A stretch of 64,000 nucleotides of DNA, taken from assembly GCF_009914755.1 (NCBI RefSeq), contig NC_060943.1, one strand, 5' to 3'. Below are positions 1 through 56,809 of the stretch, one piece after another. The notes beneath the pieces were generated by a model, which had not been told where the DNA came from, made no database searches, and was given only the letters and a program-made list of their open reading frames with translations. Both the position numbers and the translations under genes were made by a program. Origin of the DNA: the human T2T-CHM13v2.0 reference genome, Homo sapiens. The stretch's first letter is position 1. Every line of letters begins with the position of its first letter.

Positions 1-269
1 ACACACAAAGTGCTATGGATACACCACACCCCGACCTAGCTGTCTCTTCCTGATGGACCTCACTGGGTAGAAATGCCTGGCACCGCCTGCCTCAGATCCC
101 TAGGTCAGCTCTCACTCCCCAATAGAAGTTTCTGAGATGATGATGAAAACGTTCTCCATCTGTGCTGTCCAATGGAGTAGCCACTGATCACTTGAGGCTA
201 GTGAGCACTTGAAGGTGGCTAGTTTGAGGAACTGCATTTTTTAATGCATTTAATTTTAGTTACTTTGAA

Positions 270-2162
<1,893 letters not shown>

Positions 2163-2777
2163 CTAAATTTATATTTAAATAGCCACATATGACTAATAGC
2201 TATGATATTAAACAGCATAACACTAGACCCTCCATTATCCAAGCTCTGTTGATCCAACCAACAGAGCACATTTGATCTCTCCTACCTCCCAGCCTCACAC
2301 ACACAGGCCCCACACCCTCCTTCCTGGCTCCACTCACCCAAGATATTGCAACCTCCTCAATACACCTTGATGACTATCTCAGCCTCCACATCCTTGCATT
2401 GCTATTTATGCTGCCTGGTGCACCTCATGCTGCCTCACCCCATCATCTGCCTCATTTCTACTCTTACTCCAGGTCTCAGCTCAGATGCCCCCTCCCCCAG
2501 GAAGCCCTCCCTAGCCGTCAGGTTGAATGAGGTGTGTCTCCTTGGGCTCTCCCAGACTCCTGGGCTCCTCCATCCCAGCCCTGATCACTCTGGATCATAA
2601 TTGTGTGAGAGGGGTCTGCCCCCCCAAACCCTACAGGATTGTGTGCCCTACTGTGGACAGAGGGCAGAGCAGAGGTGGTCTCAATCATCACTGTGTCACC
2701 AACATCACCCAGCACACACAACTGGGCACTGGGAATGTGTGCTGGAATGAATGGAGGATGCTTTTTAAAAACTAGGC

Positions 2778-4160
<1,383 letters not shown>

Positions 4161-4169
4161 TGCCTCAGA

Positions 4170-4672
4170 GCCTTCAAGTGAGTCAGCCACAGGTGAAATC
4201 CCACCTCTGTCTATTGGCAGACTTGCCTCTTTTCCTGGGCCTCTGTTTCCACATCTGTGCAATGGGAACAGTTATTTATGGTGGCTGCTGAATGAGGCAG
4301 TGTGTGTTTGAACAAACCCAGGGGAATTGTTCAAACAGAGGCTGTTATGACTATTGCTACAGTGACTGCTGTTGTAGTCACGCTGAGTGAGAAAAAGAGG
4401 TTGAAGAGGGTCAGGGGAGGAGTCCTGGGAAGTTCCCCAGTCACCCTGAAAAACTGGTTCAACCTCTGTCTGTGCTCCCATCCCAGGGAGTATAGGTGGA
4501 GCCTCCAGAGCCCATGGACAGGGCATGCTGGGGCTGGGCCAGCCCCAGCGGTGTCTCTAAGGCACCCCTGGGATCCCCACTGAGCTGGCCTACTTCAGAC
4601 AGCCAGGGCCCACCCCTCTGGCCCCCTTAGTGTCCAGCTCGTGGCCCCTTGGCATTTCCACAAGACGCCAAG
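4170..4672 (+). promoter_or_regulatory. CEACAM19: CEACAM19 proximal promoter/5' UTR region with AP-1/Maf site (TGAGTCAGC, 4179) and kB-type site (GGGAAGTTCCCC, 4427-4438)
   Basis: Motifs read directly; position immediately upstream of the ATG exon; activity is inferred. Confidence 0.45.
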
Positions 4673-16239
<11,567 letters not shown>

Positions 16240-16954
16240 TGGGTCCTGGGCCAGGCCAGCCAGGGAGAAGACAAGGCCCCAGCCCTCCTCTGGGAGCCTC
16301 ACACCTGAGACCAGCAGGACAAGGCCATTGGGGGCTGTGGGGCCGATGAGGTGGACTCAGCCAAAGACTCAGCAGCACATGGGGCAGGTGTCCTGGCAGG
16401 GGGACAGGAGACTGTAACAGGCCCAGGTCCTTGTGCAGCCCCTGAATGCACGCCCGCCTTCGGTCTGTTCCTTCAAGCAAGCTGGCCTGGGCCATGTGCC
16501 TGTGAAAGGCAGGCTCTGGCCCCTTTCCATGCCAAAGTCCCCCAAGATCTGGATATCTGGGGACAAGATGGTGGCCTCAGGCCTGCCTCCCAGGCAGTTG
16601 GCTGGGCTCCCAACTGTCTGTCCTCAATGCCCTACCCCAACTCCACTAGTGACCCTCAGAGTCTTCTCCCCTTAGGACAAGGCAGACACCCCACCATGCG
16701 GGCCTCAGGTGGCAGAGAGGCCCAGCCTCACAGGCCTGTGGCCCCACACACCAGTCCCAGCAAGGTGACCACGGCTGCCGGACCCCTTCCCTGTTCAGGC
16801 AGGCCCAGCCCCTCTCAGAACCTGCTGCCAGCTGCTGGTCTTGGCCCCCACCCTGAATCTTACTGAGTCCCTCTGGGCAGCAGCTCCCTTCTCCACCCCA
16901 CCCCAGCACCCGTCCCAAATGTGGCCTCAGCTTGTCCTCCCCTTCCCCAAACTA

Positions 16955-18825
<1,871 letters not shown>

Positions 18826-18986
18826 AGAGGATGAGGAAGAAATCACAGAAGGAGAAGTTGCGTCTCATGCTGACTCAGTATGCAAATACTCTCTGGGAGA
18901 CTTCTCCATCCTCAGACCGCTCCAGACACCGAATGCCTGGGCCTTTGACCGCCTTGCTAAGAGGGTCAACCAGGCCAGCCAGGTAG

Positions 18987-19239
<253 letters not shown>

Positions 19240-19929
19240 TAGAGACGAGTTTCACCATGCTGGCCAGGCTGGTCTCAAACTCCTGGCTCTGCAGACAGGA
19301 GGACTGAAATCCATGGTGGCAGACGCCTATAATCCCAGAACTTTGGGAGACCAAGGCAGACGGATTACTTGAGGTAGGAGTTCAAGGCCAGCCTGGCCAA
19401 CATGCTGAAATACAGTCTCTACTAAAAATACAAAAATTAGCCGGGAGTGGTGGTAGGTTGAGACAGGAGAATCGCTTGAATCCGGGAGGCAGAGGTTGCA
19501 TTCAGCCGAGGTCATGCCACTGCACTCCAGCCTGGGCAACAGAGCAACACTCTAGAACAAAACATTGACAGAATTTGTTTCTGGTTTGGATACAGGGGAT
19601 TGGAGAGAAGAGTGTGCCAATAATTGGTTTGTTCATCAATTCAGTGAAGATTTATTGAGCATCTGTTGTGGACAGCCCTATTCTAGGTTCTGGGGAGACA
19701 GCCATGAATGAGACAGTGATGGCTGCTTTTGGAGAGCTGACCTTCTAGTGGGAGACAGGCCACAGAAAAACAAAGCACATGGAACATAATGTCAGGGATG
19801 ACGATGCTGTGAAGGAATGGAGCAGGTGCTAAGAACCTACTGGAACGGGCATGCTTAAGAGGTGCTGGAGAGGGTCAACTCTTGGGTGACTGCTTCGAGC
19901 AATGGGAGGGTGGGGAGCAGGGGTGTTGT

Positions 19930-21665
<1,736 letters not shown>

Positions 21666-22092
21666 AAAAAGAAGAAAGGGTGGAGCCTTTCTGAACCTAT
21701 TCTGGTTCAGAGGCTGCCAGATTCGCAAAATATTTTTTAAAAGAAAGAGAGAAATGGGGTGGGGGAGGGAGGAGGAGTGTGGGGGGGAAGAGGTGGAGAA
21801 AGAAAAGAAAGAGAAAAAAAAGAAAGAGAGAAAGCAAGCGGGGAGGAAAAGAGGGAGCGAGGGAGTGGGGAGAGAAAGCAGGCGGGTTTGAGAGGTCAGT
21901 ACTGAGTCGGCAGGAGGGGATAGCTGGAGACCGGGGTCGGGGTGTGTGAGTGGGGACAGTGAACATAAGTGCATCTTGTAGCACCTGATTCATTGTCACT
22001 CCAGAAATGTCACCTTCTTTCACTGTTTGGGGTTTGTGCTTATTGGGTCGTCACTATTGCCAGACTTGCTGCAAGAGAGGGTCAGCCCTGAG

Positions 22093-22106
22093 CCAGCAGG
22101 GGGCAG
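22093..22106 (+). promoter_or_regulatory. CTCF motif CCAGCAGGGGGCAG between CEACAM19 and CEACAM16
   Basis: Exact match to the CCASYAGRKGGCRS core; binding is inferred. Confidence 0.65.
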
Positions 22107-23277
22107 CAGAGCACCACACAGATCATGCACAAGCGCTGCAGCTACCTTGAGCCCCCCCATGCGCCCACCCCGTCTCTGCCCCTTTCTTTACCCCTCTGGG
22201 AACCCAGAGAGTCTATCCAGCTCTCCAACCCCAAACCTGGACACCTCCCTCCCCACTCTCACGGCAGGCACCAGGCCCTGCCCTCCAGGCCTCTTGAACT
22301 TGGCCTTCCCCAGTACCTGCAGCCCAGCCCTGGGCCAGGCAGCTTCTCTCCCCTCCCTGCCCCAGCCTCCCGCCTGGACTCCTCCCCTCTCCCATTCTCC
22401 TACCACAGAGCAGCCCAAGGGATCTTTCTAAAGCCCAAACTCAACCTAGCCCCTTCCTGCTCAAAACCATCCATGGCTCCCCAGTGCCTTAGAGTCCAAG
22501 CTCCTCACCACTGCCTCCAACGCCTGCAAAGTCCAGGGGACGCTCAGTCTCATCTCTCAGCACCCACCGCCCTCTCACCTTCACCCCTGGTCTACAGTCC
22601 CCCAGATTTAACTTCTTTCTGTTTCCCCACACACTGTGTTCCATCTCACTTCCAGGCCCTTGCACACCCCCAGGCACACAGCTCCACTCTTCCTGCCCAC
22701 CCCATTCACCCTCCAAGTCTCAACTCATACACCTCCTCCTCCAGGAAGCCCTCCTTGACCTCCAAGCTGGGTCAGATCTCTCCTGTGAGCTCACCTACCC
22801 CAGCCCCGCCCAGTCTGGGCCATCACTGCCTGGGGATGGGTCTGTCCCGCTGAACTATGAGCCCTATAAGCACAATTGCTATCTCCATCACTGAGGGGCT
22901 CCCAGCACTGACCAGCACAAGGCAGAGGCCCAAGGAGTGTGGATGCTCATTATACACATCCTTCCCTTTCCCAACCTAGCAGTCCCCATTCATTCATTGA
23001 CAAACGTCTGTTGAGCAACTACTATCACCAAACTCTGTTACATGAACTTGACTGGCATGAGAGAGGTGAAGATAAACCAGCCCAGCTCCTACTCTCAGGG
23101 AGCTTGAGGTCTAGTAGGGGAGATGACCTGGAACTCAATGTAATAATAATAATTAATAATAAACATTACCGAGCACTTATTATACGCCATGCACTATGCT
23201 AAGGGCTTTACATTTATTCACTGATATCCTCACAACGGTTCTGTGAGTGAAGTTATACCATTGAAAGTAATGGCAAA

Positions 23278-29673
<6,396 letters not shown>

Positions 29674-31897
29674 CCCCTTATTGAACCTCTACTCCAATGT
29701 CGCTCTGACAATGTCGCCTTGCTGCCCTGCATAAACCAGTGCCCCGACCACCTCCATCCCTTCCCCTGCTTTATTTTTCTCCACAGCATTGTCCCCACCT
29801 GTTCTAACACTGCTCATGTTTGTATTCGTCTATTAACTGTCTCCCCAATCAATAGGTCAGCTCTGTGTCTACCGTATTCACGGCTGTAACCCCACAGCGC
29901 CTAGCGCAGTGCCCGGCACATAGTTGGTGCTCCATAAACATTTGTCAAATGGTGGAGGAACAACGACCACTGTGCCCCCAGTACGTGCTCTGAGGCAGGC
30001 CCGGCACGGAACACTCCATGTGCCTATTTTGATCCTCAGAAGAGTCCCAGGGAAGTCAATGTCATGAACACCCCCCACCCACTGCACAAACAGGAAAAAG
30101 CCCCTGCCCATAAGAACCCCGTCTGCTTTCTGCGCAGCCCGGCGGCGCACAGCAGGTGCTAAAGAGCCTGCAGCTCTTGACTGAACCAAGGATCTGGGCT
30201 CACAGCCGGGAGCACCAGAGGAGGGGCCAGGGAGGTGGAGGATGGGGGCAGACTAGGAAGGGTGGATGTGACGATAGAGGGCCTCTAGAGCCCGGCCTGG
30301 TCACACTCCGCAGGCAGACAGCAGATCACCAGGAACCTGAGCCTCTCTGAAGACTCCTCTCTCTGTGTCATCCACACCTGGTGTCCAGTTCCACAAACAT
30401 GCTGTGAGCCTCTGCTCTGTGCCAGGTGATTTGCTGGGCAGTGCTGGGGACACAGTGGTGACAGCCCAGCCGTGCCCAGCTGAGGCTCCCAGGCCAGTGG
30501 GGGAAAAAGACCCAGCCCCAGACAGCGAGAACCCAAGGCAGTCAGGGCTGAGACAGGGAATTCCAGGCCCTGAAGTCCAGGAGGGCTTCCTGGAGGAGAG
30601 GGTTTGGGGAAGGCAGTGGAATAGAGCAGAGGGAAGCAGGGATATTCTGGGTAGAGTGCAAGTGAAACAGAAGAACTGAAGCAGAGGGTTCCCGGAAGCA
30701 AGTGGTATTCTATGTAGCTGGTCAGGTGGGCAGGAGTCAGGCCGGGCAGGGCCTCCTGGGCTACAGTGAGGAACCTGGGCTTCCTCCCAAGGGCACTGGG
30801 GAGCCACAGCAGGTTCTGAGCACGGAGGGGCAGAGGCAGGTTTTTGTTTTGGAAAGAGCCTCTGTCTGCCATGTGGAGGGGCAATGGGAGTCGGGGAGAC
30901 CAGGGCCAGAGACTAGGGAGGAGGCTGGTGGGGAGACAGGAGGACCCAGGCAAGGTGGGGTGGTGGAGTGGTCACCTAGACCAGGGCAGGGGCTTCAGGG
31001 AGGGAGAGAAGATATACGTAGAGTCAGTTGCCAGAAGGGGTGGCGTGTTCGGGGAGTAGGGGGAGGCATCAGGGATGAGGCCCCAGGTCTCTTTTCCCAG
31101 CGATGAGGTGGGTAGTGGCGCCTTCCCTGATAAGGGCACCAGGGGAAGATACACTTCTGGGGGAAGATGCCAAGGTCAGTTTGGGACAAGGTGAGTGAGA
31201 GGTGCCCAGGGACATCAGGGAGGCATCCTGATTGATACTGGGATGAGGTCCCAGTGCTCTGGGCCAGGACGCAGAAGAGTGAGGTGAGGTCACAGGTGGG
31301 GAGAGGGGAGCAGGAGGCGCCAGGACATCCTCTGTGCCTCTCACCTGGCCTCACCCGCACCTCCTCAGGGCCTTCTCCCCCTTGTTAGAGCCCTGCCCCA
31401 CGAGGGCAGCCCAGGACACAGTGCTGGAGGCAAACCAGGACAGGTGAGCACAGGTGTGGCCCCCTGCCCGGAAGCAGGCTGCAGAGGCCTCAGAGGAACC
31501 AGGGCTCAGAAGCCATCAGGATGCAGGTCATAAGAACACAGCTATCAGCAGCTCTGGCACCACAACCCCCTCGGCTCCTGCCCAGCATCATCTCAGAGAC
31601 ACCTTCCCTGTTACCCTCCCTCCACCCCAATTTAAAGTAGCAAACCAGGCCAGGGGCAGTGGCTCATGGCTGTAATCCCAGCACTTTGGGAGGCCAAGGT
31701 GGGAAGATCACTTGAGGCCAAGAGTTTGAGACCAGGCAGAGCAACATAGCGAGATCCCATCTCTACAAAAAATAAAATGGCAAATCCCCTTTCTGACTTT
31801 ATTTTTCAATCTGACGTGGAAGATATTTACCTTTCCTTTATTTACTCCGCAAATGTCGGCCCCCTGAGGGCAGGGATTTCATCCGTCTTGTGCACGG

Positions 31898-32007
31898 CTG
31901 CATCCTCAGCGCCTAGAACAGCACCTGGCAAACAATAGGTGCTCATTCAGTATTTGTCCAATAAGTGAATGAGTGATTTACTGAGCATTTACTCTGCGCC
32001 AGTCGTG
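31898..32007 (+). other. CEACAM16: Candidate non-coding first exon of CEACAM16, spanning an L2 tail/MIR junction
   Basis: The exon at 34108 has an acceptor, so an upstream exon is needed. A strong donor GTG|gtaagt lies at 32008. The 5' boundary is approximate and partly from recalled annotation. An alternative donor CAG|gtgagc lies at 31444. Confidence 0.5.
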
Positions 32008-32179
32008 GTAAGTACTGTACTTCACATGTGTATCTACTTAATCCTTTCAACAGCCCTGTGATGTGAGTACTATTGTTTTCCCTATTTTACAAATAAGGAA
32101 ACTGAGGCTTGGCAGAGTCCATAAATTGCCCAGGGTCCTGGAGGTAGGAAACAGTGGAACTATGTCCAGAGCCTATACT

Positions 32180-33325
<1,146 letters not shown>

Positions 33326-34203
33326 ATCATCTCTATTTATCAGAATAATAAATGGAGACTCAACAAGGGACTGTCCCCAGCCCCACTTTGGGTAAGTGCA
33401 GAGCTGGTGTCAAAACTCAGCTCTCCTTGGCCCCAAAGCCTCCGAATACGCCCATTTGACAGAGAGGGGAAAACAAGGCCTCCGAAGTGGGAGAAAGAGA
33501 ATGTGAACTTCTGAGCACTTTGCAGGAAGCCAACAAGAAGGAGAGCCCCAAAGAAAGCATGTGGCCATACAGTTTCCTGCCCTTCTGTCTGGGTTTGCAC
33601 ACAGAGCAGGGCTCAAATCCCCTCTCCCTGCAGGAACCCGGACAAGTGGGAGTCCCCACCTAGCTCATCTCCATCTGCAAAGGGGGGTCCTAAAGGTGCC
33701 CACTTTACAGGGTTGTTTTGCCATCCGCTGAGACAACACCTGTAGGTCCCCTGCACTGGGTGGGGCTGGGAAAGGTGCAGTCACCTTTTACTGATTTTCT
33801 TCCTTGGTGACTCCCAGGCTCTCTGAGGAGGCCACGGGCCTGGGTGGTTGGTAAGAACTACCCGAAAACCTTCCCCTACTTTTCCTCTCTTCTCCTCGGT
33901 GACCTGGTTCCTCTCCCAGTACCAAATCCAGGCCCTCGGCACAAAGAGGGTTAGGCGGCTGCCCCAGGAGGCCTGCCCAGGTCACGGCCTCTGGCCGGTG
34001 CCCGCCACACCCACCCTGGTACCCAAACCGGGCCCCAGATCCTTGGTGACTCGATCCCTCCAAATTCAGGTGATCTCCCCTGGCTCCAAATCACCAAACC
34101 CTCCCAGGTCCTGCGGCAGACGGAGCCGAGCCCCAACCAGGAAGGGAGTCCGAGCACTGGGACTTCAACGCCACCATCTCCAAGACTCGGTTTGGGGTGA
34201 AAG

Positions 34204-43255
<9,052 letters not shown>

Positions 43256-43445
43256 CAGCGTGACCCTGGAGACGTCCAGAGAGAAGAGCTCTTCGCACCA
43301 TCCTCTGGTCCTCGCCCTCTGAGTGGGAACCACTCCCCCACAGCGAGGATGCCAGGCTGTGGTCCTGCTGTTCTCCTGCCTCCACCCTAGAGCTAGAGCC
43401 ACAGGGCCCCACTCCCTCGCTGAGCTGTTGGGGAGCCACCGAGGC

Positions 43446-43451
43446 CATAAA
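43446..43451 (+). terminator. CEACAM16: Variant polyadenylation signal CATAAA for CEACAM16
   Basis: No AATAAA seen in the proximal 3' UTR; CATAAA ~190 nt after the stop, followed by GT-containing sequence. Confidence 0.55.
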
Positions 43452-44449
43452 CGTCCTGGTTAATGCACACGTGTGTCAGCCTCTCCTTCCACCACCGCTA
43501 GCCCCGCCATTTCCTGGTGGCCGCACTCATTTCCTTTCCCCCCCAAGACTTTTCTCAGTCTGGGTGTGCACGTGCAGGAGGATGGGCCCAGATCACCGTG
43601 CTCCACACCCCACTGCTGGATGCCAGGGCCTTGTGCCCCTCCCGCAGTGCTCCAGGTTATATGTGAGAGTCCTGCTCCCCAGCTGGCCAAGGACTGCCCC
43701 TCTTGGAGCACCAGCATTCTGTGGGACATGGCTCTCCCCTACACTGCACCTCATTTTGTCACCTGGCCCCGAAACAGGGCTGCTTGTGCTCAGGAAATGA
43801 CCATATTTTGCAAGAAGTCTTCCATCACCTTCTGGTAGTCCTCACCCATTTAATCAAAGACACAACTTTGTCCTGGGATTCCCCGCATGTCTCTCCAACA
43901 TTATCTGCCCAACCCTGACAATATCTCCTTCCTTCTGCAGCCACAGGAAAGGCCCTGTGGATGGATGAATGCAAGCGGGGCAGAGGTAGAGGCCAGGAGT
44001 GGAGAGCTGGGAAGTGGGGGCCAGAATGAGTGTGTTTTCTAACTCGTCTCATTAGTGGGAGCCACAGGCCCCACCCAGCCGCAATGCCCCACTGGAAACA
44101 GGTTCTTGGCATTGGTCAGGAGTGGTGATGGCCGAGTCGAGGCTTAGAATAGAAAGACAGGTTTGGGCAGAGACGAGAAAGGCCCTTTTGGGGATGATTG
44201 TGTTGAGTTGGGGTGATGGGTGGTGAAAGACCTCCAGAATGAGGGTTATAAAACCTGGATCAAAATCCTGCATTTGCCACGGATTCACTAGAGCCTCAGT
44301 TTGCCCATCAGTAAAAAGGTGTGGACTTGAGGTGGACCAGACTTTTCCAAACCATTTTTAAAAGCCTCAGAGCCCTTTCTTCAAATACAAGTTTACATGG
44401 CAGGTCAATTTATTATTAATATTTAAAATAGCAATGCAACAAATATAGC

Positions 44450-47290
<2,841 letters not shown>

Positions 47291-48254
47291 GTAAGAAATA
47301 TTGGAACTAGCATAAACAATTAGGCAGAATAGATATACAGGGAGTAGCTTATATGGCTAGAAGATTATTTTTCTCATTTCTCAAACATAAAAAATCTCCA
47401 GAAGCAGATTGTTCAGAGCTAGAATGGAGGCCCTGTAGTGTCATCAGGGACACAGCTCCTTCTATTTTTCTGTTCCATTATCCTTACCTTGGGGTTTCCA
47501 TCCTCTCCATCACCTCATGGCCCAAGATGGCTGCTGGAGTCACAGCTGCCTCATCCATGTTCCAGGCAAGAAGCAGAAAGAAGGGAACAAAGGGAAACAA
47601 ACAAAAAAAAACTCCCCCTAGCCAGTTTATGGACTGTGCCCCTTTTAAGGGAACTTTACCTAAGGCCCATCCAACAACCCCTGCTTAGATCTGATTGGCC
47701 AGCTCATAGTACCATGGCCACCCTAGCTGCAAGGGAGGCAGGAAATTGCAGTCATTGCCTTGGGTATGTTGCTGCCCCAATTAACATCAAGGTTCTTGTA
47801 TTAAGAAAGGCAGAGAGAATGGGTCCCGGGTGGGCAGCTGGCAGGCTTGGCCACTCCAAGCTTTGGAACTTCTACCTCCTCAGCTAGGCAAAATGGCCTT
47901 CCTCACCTGAGCCCAAGGAGTAAGAGTCACAGCCCCCATAGCAGGGGTTTGAGAAAGATGGGAGCTGCTGCTCTGAGCTGTGATTGTGTGCAGTTGATGC
48001 AGAATGAGGCCAGCAGGAGGGGCAGAAGGAGGGAAGGAGAAGCAGCTCAGGTTTCTAGGTCAAGCAAAATCCCATAGCCTCAGGGTGTGGTGGAGGCTCA
48101 AATGTCCCCAAGACCAGGTCCTCCGTCCCTCTGGGCATCTCTGTGCTCTTTTACTGAATTATCTCAAGTAGTGCAATCCCCTTCATTAAGAGTGTAGGAA
48201 AGAATAATAACAATAACCACAAAATAATAATCACTCCTATATCTCGAGCATCAG

Positions 48255-48614
48255 TGTATTAGTCCATTCTCACATTGCTATAAAGACATACCTGAGACTG
48301 GGTAATTTATAAAGAAAAGAGGTTTAATCAGCTCATGATTCTGTGGGCTATACAGGCTTCTGCTTCTGGGGAGACCTCAGGAAACTTACAATCATGGCAG
48401 AAGGTGAAAGGGAAGCAAGCACGTCTTCACATGGCCGGCAGGAGAGGCAGGTGGGGTGCTACACACTTTTAAACAAGCAGCACTAGGGGGACGGTGCTAA
48501 AACATTAGAAACTGCCCCCACGATCCAATCACCTCCCACGAGGTCCCTCCTCCTACACTGAGGATCATAACTGGACATGAGATTTGGGTGGGGACTAAGA
48601 ACTAAACCATATCA
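48255..48614 (-). mobile_element. MST/THE1-type (ERVL-MaLR) solo LTR
   Basis: tgtattagtccattctcacattgctataaagacatacctgagactgggtaatttataaagaaaagagg...aaaccatatca. Confidence 0.88.
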
Positions 48615-49059
48615 ATTGGTTTTATCCTTTTTCATGCAAGATCTCAATTCCTACAGCAGCTCTTAAGAGCAGTTACTATCATTCCCCCAACTTACAGGTG
48701 AGGAAACTAAGGCACAGAGACTTGAAAACTTTGCTCCAAGTCCCACAGTTCCCATGTGTCCTAGGTGGAGGTGCTGGTGGGGGAGTCCTCTCCATTCTTC
48801 AGCAGGGCAGAGGGTTTCAGGGCACAGCTCTGAGGACAGACAGAACTCTTTTTAGCTGTGGGAACTTGGGTACATTGCTTGCTTTTCCTCCTCGTAAAAT
48901 GGAGATGATAATACTGCCCCTGCCTCCTAGGATTGTTGTAAAGATCACATTAGTTAATACAACTAATGAGCCTGAAACATGGATGCTCAATAAATGCCTA
49001 TGACCCAGACTAAGGTGTTAGATTTTAACAACAGGCAGATAGAAAAAGCAAAGATAACA

Positions 49060-54745
<5,686 letters not shown>

Positions 54746-56782
54746 TGATTCAGGTTCTAACAGGATCCCTCTGGCCATGAGGTGGAAAGAGACTGTTGGG
54801 GGCAGAATTGTAAAGCGAGGGACAAGAAGAGTCAGGGGTCTCCAAGCTTTGAGCCTGAGCCACTGCAAGGATGAAGCTGCCATTTCTGAGGCCAGAAGGC
54901 TGCAGGCAGGCCTGGGTTGGAGATTGGAATGAAGATAGGTCTTGTTTGAGGCCAATGAGGAGGGAGCCTCACCCGAGGCACACAGGCTCCAGGCGGGAAG
55001 TTGGCGACAAGTTGTGGACTGTGGTTTTCACCCACCTCATGGGGCCCCCTCATCCTCTCCCCCAACTTCCCCTCACGCCGTGGTGGAGCCAGCTTTGTTT
55101 GTTTCCCCCCCATCATCCGTTTCATGATGGGGAAGACTGGTTTTCCCCTAACCCAACAGACACCTCTTCCCTCAGCCTGTCCCTGACCCTCCCACCTCGG
55201 GAAGCCCCGAGCGGGCCTCCCAGAATGTCCCGGCAGGAAGGGGCTGCTGCTACCGTTCATCCAGCCAGATGAACCCCAAAAGGGGAAGTGGGTCACCCGT
55301 AGTCACCCGGCTCATGGTCAGCTCGGGACTTCAGGATCTCGTCTCTTCACTGCACCCACCACAGCCCTGGGAGGTTTTCCATGCACGCTTCTCATTCTCC
55401 CCACATTTCACACGAGAAAACAGGGGCTCCAAGAGAGGCCCACACTCACCTAAGGAGCTCCAAAGATAGGGGCATCTGGATTTGAACCCAGGTCCTAGCA
55501 GATGTTGTTAGCTCAGAGGAGAAGGCAGAGAGGGTGAACAGAACCCAGCCTGCCCTCCCAGATCCAGTGGGAAGGCAGACTTGTCCCCAGGTAATAATAG
55601 CCCAGCAGTGTTCACAGCCTGGGATGGAGGAGCCCAGGAGGCTGCAGGAGCTCAGAGCGCATGCCTGACCCAGCCTGGGGTCAAGGAGGGCTTCCTGGAG
55701 GAAGGGACAGCTCATCTGATACCTAGAGGATGAGTGGGAGTTACTAGGTGTAAATAGTGCAGGGAGAGGGAAGAGTATGTGCAAAAGCCTAGGGTTGAGA
55801 GGAAACCTAGGGGCTCCAGCAAGGCGCAGTGGCTCATGCCTGTATTCCCAGCACTCTGGGAGGCCGAGGCGGGCGGATCATCTGAGGTCAGGAGTTCAAG
55901 ACCAGCCTGGCCAACATGGTGAAACCCTGTCTCTATTAAAATACAAAAATTAGCCAGGCGTGGTGGCGTGCACCCATAATCCTAGCTACCTGGCAGGCTG
56001 AGGCACGAGAATTGCCTGAACTTGGGAGGTAGAGATTGCAGTGAGCCAAGATCACGCCACTGCACTGGCGACGAAGTCAGATTCCATCCCTCTCTCTCAA
56101 AAAAAAAAAAAGCTGGGGGGAGCCTAGGGGCTTCTAAATCCGATCGTGTCCTGGCCCTGATTAAACTCTCCTACAGCTGCCCTGGCAAACTCTTTAGCTT
56201 GGCATTCATTCATTCATTCATTCATTCACTCATTCATTCCATAAACATTCCCTGGAGTGCATTGTCAGTGTCAGGCCCCAGGGGAACACAGCAGTGACCA
56301 CGACAGCCCCACCAGACCATGACCCTGACCAGGGGGCTCACGAGGGCGGAGACATCTACTCCAAGACCTGAAGGAGGAGTAGGAGAGATGCTGGGGAAGA
56401 GGCAGGGAAGGGTGTTCCTGGCAGAGGGAACAGCCTGTGCGAAGGCCTGAAGGTAAGTTTTGCATATGACACCTTTGAGAAACTACTTATTGTTCAACTG
56501 AAGCATAGGGTTGTTCAGAAGAAGCCAGCCTTGTGGCCGGGTGTGGACTTCCTCCCAGGGCACCAGGGAGCCACTGCAGAGTTGTGAGCAAGGGACAGAC
56601 AGAGGTAGGCTTGTACTTCCAAGAGACTCCCCCAGCTGCCACATGCAGGGTGAATGGAATGATGCACAGAATCCAGTTTCAGGGGTAGTTTGGTACTTGG
56701 ACCCAGGTCCCAGGGAGAGAGTCCAAGGAGCCCTTCTCTGGTCTTCCAAGGAGCTGCTCTCCCCAAGCTCCGGATGGAAGGC

Positions 56783-56809
56783 GTGCCCATGGCAACCGCT
56801 AGGTGGTGC
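56783..56809 (+). promoter_or_regulatory. Abutting RFX X-box-like (GTGCCCATGGCAAC) and CTCF-like (CCGCTAGGTGGTGC) motifs
   Basis: Motifs read directly; each deviates from consensus at 1-2 positions. Confidence 0.5.

Noticed and set aside
22125-22853. 242-aa Pro/Ser-rich ORF
   Set aside because: Overlaps decayed L2 sequence; C-rich compositional ORF.
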